A stretch of 50,856 bases of DNA, filler included, from Sphacelaria rigidula (lineage: Eukaryota): assembly GCA_964200075.2 (NCBI GenBank). It is 3 parts of 3 records of this genome, joined end to end, with 100 filler letters (N's around TTAATTAATTAA, not from the genome) between each part and the next. Parts side by side here need not be neighbours in the genome. Positions count along the whole stretch, not along the records: positions 33,973 to 50,856 come from CAXNAA020001224.1; 2 more parts are not named here. One strand, 5' to 3'. Below, one piece after another: positions 47,615 to 50,856 of the stretch (position 1 is the stretch's first letter; each line of letters opens with the position of its first letter). Made by a program: the position numbers and the translations under genes. The notes below the pieces were generated by a model. That model saw nothing but the letters and a program-made list of their open reading frames with translations. It searched no databases and was not told the origin of the DNA.

Positions 47615-48179
47615 CGTCTGAAACGTTCAAACCGGTAACCAACAGTTTCGTAAAACGTTTTTCACCGGTACCCGCCGGTTTTTTAAGATCTGTAAAGTCC
47701 ACCATACCCCTGGTCGACAACTCGTAAGGTCTGTAAGCCTTCCAAAACCCTAACCCGGGTTCAACGTATACTCTTGTCCGCATATCCGATGCAGGCAGGG
47801 TACGGGTATGTGTCCGGGGGAGGTGAACATTTTGATTCAGTTCCTGCTCTTGTTCTGATAACGCGCACTTGTTCCCCGACCTCCATCAATCAAACCCCCC
47901 TGGTACTCGAATCCATACACCTTTCAAAATAATGTTTTAAGCTCGGTACACAGACGGGTTACGGGGTACAGCTAAGGAGGAAAGCGAGACATGGAACGCA
48001 ACGCAGATCGTCGGGGTGGACCATTCCTAGACACAAGTAATGGATCGAGTGGGGGCCCTTCATCTGCACTACCCTCGGTATGAACTAGCAGGGTGCAGGT
48101 CATCAAACTATGGTGTCTAACCCTGTTTTGTAAAGGGGCCAGTTTGTTGCATATACCCGTGTATCTTTACGGATATTAT

Positions 48180-48450
48180 CCCTATCCGACATTTCGGTGA
48201 CGTCTGTAAGACTTTCATCGGCCTATCCGATATTTGTCATGACTTCTGTGAGACTTTCGTTGCCCTACTCGATAGCTCTATGACTTCAGTAACACTTGCG
48301 TACCCCTACTCGACAGATCGGTGACTCCAGTATCGCTTCCCTAGTCCCACTCAACAGTTATGTGACTTGTGGAAGACTCTCCTACCGGCCCACGATAGTT
48401 CAACGACGGTTGTGACCCCCCTATATCCTTACCTGACTGTTCTGTATTTT
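48180..48450. repeat. Degenerate ~41-bp tandem repeat
   Basis: Recurring CCCTAYYCGA...TGACTTCTGTAAGACT motif in about 6 units. Confidence 0.55.
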
Positions 48451-50856
48451 CTGTACACAAGCTTTACCCCTACACCCTTGTACAAATATCCGGGTGCGTC
48501 TTCAGTTTTCTATGCAACCTTCCTTCATCACCCGACAATTTCTGGATGCCCTGTGAGCCTCCTACCAATAGACTTACCTACCCGATAGGTTCTGTAACCT
48601 TTGTGCGATTTTCATTCCGGCACTCGTTACTTCTGTAAGATCTGTGAAGACTCATACCATACCGAACACACCCTAACCCTACGAAAAATCATATTTATTC
48701 TCAGGGCTGTGAAGAATCAGCTCTATACAGTTCGGTTAAAACTGGCCGCGTCAGTTGCCAGTACATCGATGTTTTCCAGTCAATCGCCCCTCCAGGCTGG
48801 TGCGGGGTGCCGCGCAAGAGCACCGCCCGAGGCAAAACAAATCACGGTGTTTCACCTATGTTCCCCGCAAAAATCGTAAATAGTTGTGAAAAATGCAACC
48901 ACTAACATCGAGCTGCTGAGAAGCTTGCACTGCTCGAAAACATCTTTGAACGTGGTAAGCGATGCGAAAATCATCCATTTATGGTATGCAGCAGCAGACA
49001 CTCTCCATGAGGACCTGAACATCGGAACAAGTATGCCACGGCTGGCGGTACCTTGGGACAAAGAGCGCAGCTTCTCACCATGGCTTGTTCAACAGTCTGC
49101 TTGTGTGTTTTGTGATCGCCGGTTACCGTTATTTTTTCGCAGATTAGGTACATATCTGCTACATCACTTCGACGTGTAGTGGGTATGTCCTACACCACGT
49201 TCAGAAGGCTCTTCATGCAATTGGCAATCGGGGTTTGGCGTTCGGAACTTTTGCATCAAGCGCCCCACCATAACTGAGTCACACTTCTTTATTTCTTCGT
49301 TTTCGTCATTCGACTGACCTACCGTCGACCGACCCGCGGTCGTCGATAGATAAAAGCTGCAGAACAACTAGGGACCAACGAGGTTTGTGGTACGTGTACT
49401 GCTGTAGACTGCAAACTTTAGTCGTACAGTCTCATGATCCAAAGTGTTTCTTTGTTATAAAATTCACGTAATAAAATCGATATCAAAATACTTGGTAACG
49501 ACAAGCGGCACAATATCCCCAGATGAACTGGACAACTGGCGCTCTTGTAGCCATTTCCACTCTATCTCCAGTTACAATGAAGACATACAGCATGAACTGG
49601 TGCAGTTCCCAGCCCATTTAATGCATGTGTTCGGTGTACTCTCCCGTGGGAGTTGACATCGCCCATTTTCAGCCCACTGTGATGAAGCTCAGAGGCGTTG
49701 CAATATATACTCTGTGCGGGTCTGCTCGTAGACTCTGGATTCCGTAACGCATTGTTATCGCGTTTGCTACTGTCGTACGTTAGGGTTGGGGCGCCCCATC
49801 TGGATTGCGGCGCCCCATCTGATCAGTTGCTACCCTTGCCGTGGTCTACCCTGGGCCATCACTACGCTCTGCTTCTATGGCTGCCCTACGGCTGTACTGA
49901 GTAAGAGAGCTGCTTGTAGATAAGACATGATGCTAAGCAAACACGTGAGTTCCTTATCAAGAGTCTGAACATGAATGAATCTACATTGTGATAGGTCAAG
50001 GAAGGATAGCTAGGTCTGTGTGAGTTTGCCCACGTGGGAGCTTAGTGAGTTGGCACCTTGGCATCTCCTGGCACTCATACTGACAGACCCCAGCCACTGC
50101 ATTAGCTAACTCCCTCTTTATGACAATTGGCGTCGATAAACGGACCTTGTTCTGCTTGGTCGGGAAGTATTTGTGTTGCTTGGCGTTGTGCCTTTCTGCA
50201 GCTGTATTGCGTAACTCGCTTTCATTTTTCGGCGTATTTTTTTACTTGTATTTAATGGCGCGCCCTTGGTCTGTTCTGACTGTCGTGAGCCTCAGCCCAC
50301 TCTGGGCTCGGTTGCATTGTACAGCTGTAGTGAAAACTGCTGTGCTTTGCCCCCGCTTCGCGTATTAATGATACGAATCTGCCCCTCCGTTGGTACACTG
50401 CTTGTAGCTGCTGAGCGATTTGCTGTAGCTGCCCTTGATGCTGTTCCCGCTTGTTTCTATCCGCGTGAGTGCTATTGTGACGCACTTTGTTGGTTTCCCG
50501 ACCACGCGTCGATTCGGCCGGAACTGCGTTCTTCCGCCGTGTGTATGTAGCCAACCGTAACTCTGTCTCACTACAGTGTGTCCACTCTGCCTTCAAACAA
50601 GTATCGCACGTGCCACTGTGCCATGTGCAAACTGTGTGCCCGTCGATCTATTACATCGGCGGTGATTGATAGTTGGTTTTGATGGCTCATGCTGTAGTAG
50701 CATATGGTTGATTTGCCTTGTGCCGAATGAAAGCGCCTCCTTGTACATCGGCGAGCGCCCCAAATATTAGTAGATGCGCAAACCCCCCCCTCTCCCCCCC
50801 GGGCCCCCTTTTGTGTGCTGCGGTACCCCACCGCGCAGCATGGTTCTAAGGTGTGG

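Noticed and set aside
50814-50850. Helitron 3' end (hairpin then CTAA)
   Set aside because: The hairpin is imperfect, the following base is not T, there is no matching 5' end, and it sits at the window edge.

Overview
Eukaryotic, intron- and repeat-rich DNA, most likely from a brown alga (Phaeophyceae, Ectocarpus-like). The window is not one locus. It is three scaffolds of almost equal length (1-16886, 16987-33872, 33973-50856) joined by artificial N44-TTAATTAATTAA-N44 linkers. Scaffold 1 has no intact gene that I can recognise. It holds MITEs, a decayed minus-strand coding region, a 5S-rRNA-headed SINE candidate and a LINE 3' fragment. Scaffold 2 carries two divergent genes. One is a 6-exon two-domain glyoxalase I (minus strand) with one active site apparently degenerate and a tRNA-Gly(GCC) in intron 1. 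The other is a 5-exon secreted EGF-repeat protein of the Sig/mastigoneme type (plus strand). Scaffold 3 carries an EsV-1-7-repeat protein with 19 tandem ~38-aa C-x4-C-x16-C-x2-H repeats in one exon, followed by foldback MITEs and satellites. The most interesting candidate system is this repeat array. Its variation sits at a few positions filled by base-contacting residue types, it is shuffled in sub-repeat blocks, and it is fused to an NLS/SUMO-motif tail, which suggests a TALE/PRDM9-like modular nucleic-acid reader. That function is inference, not shown.
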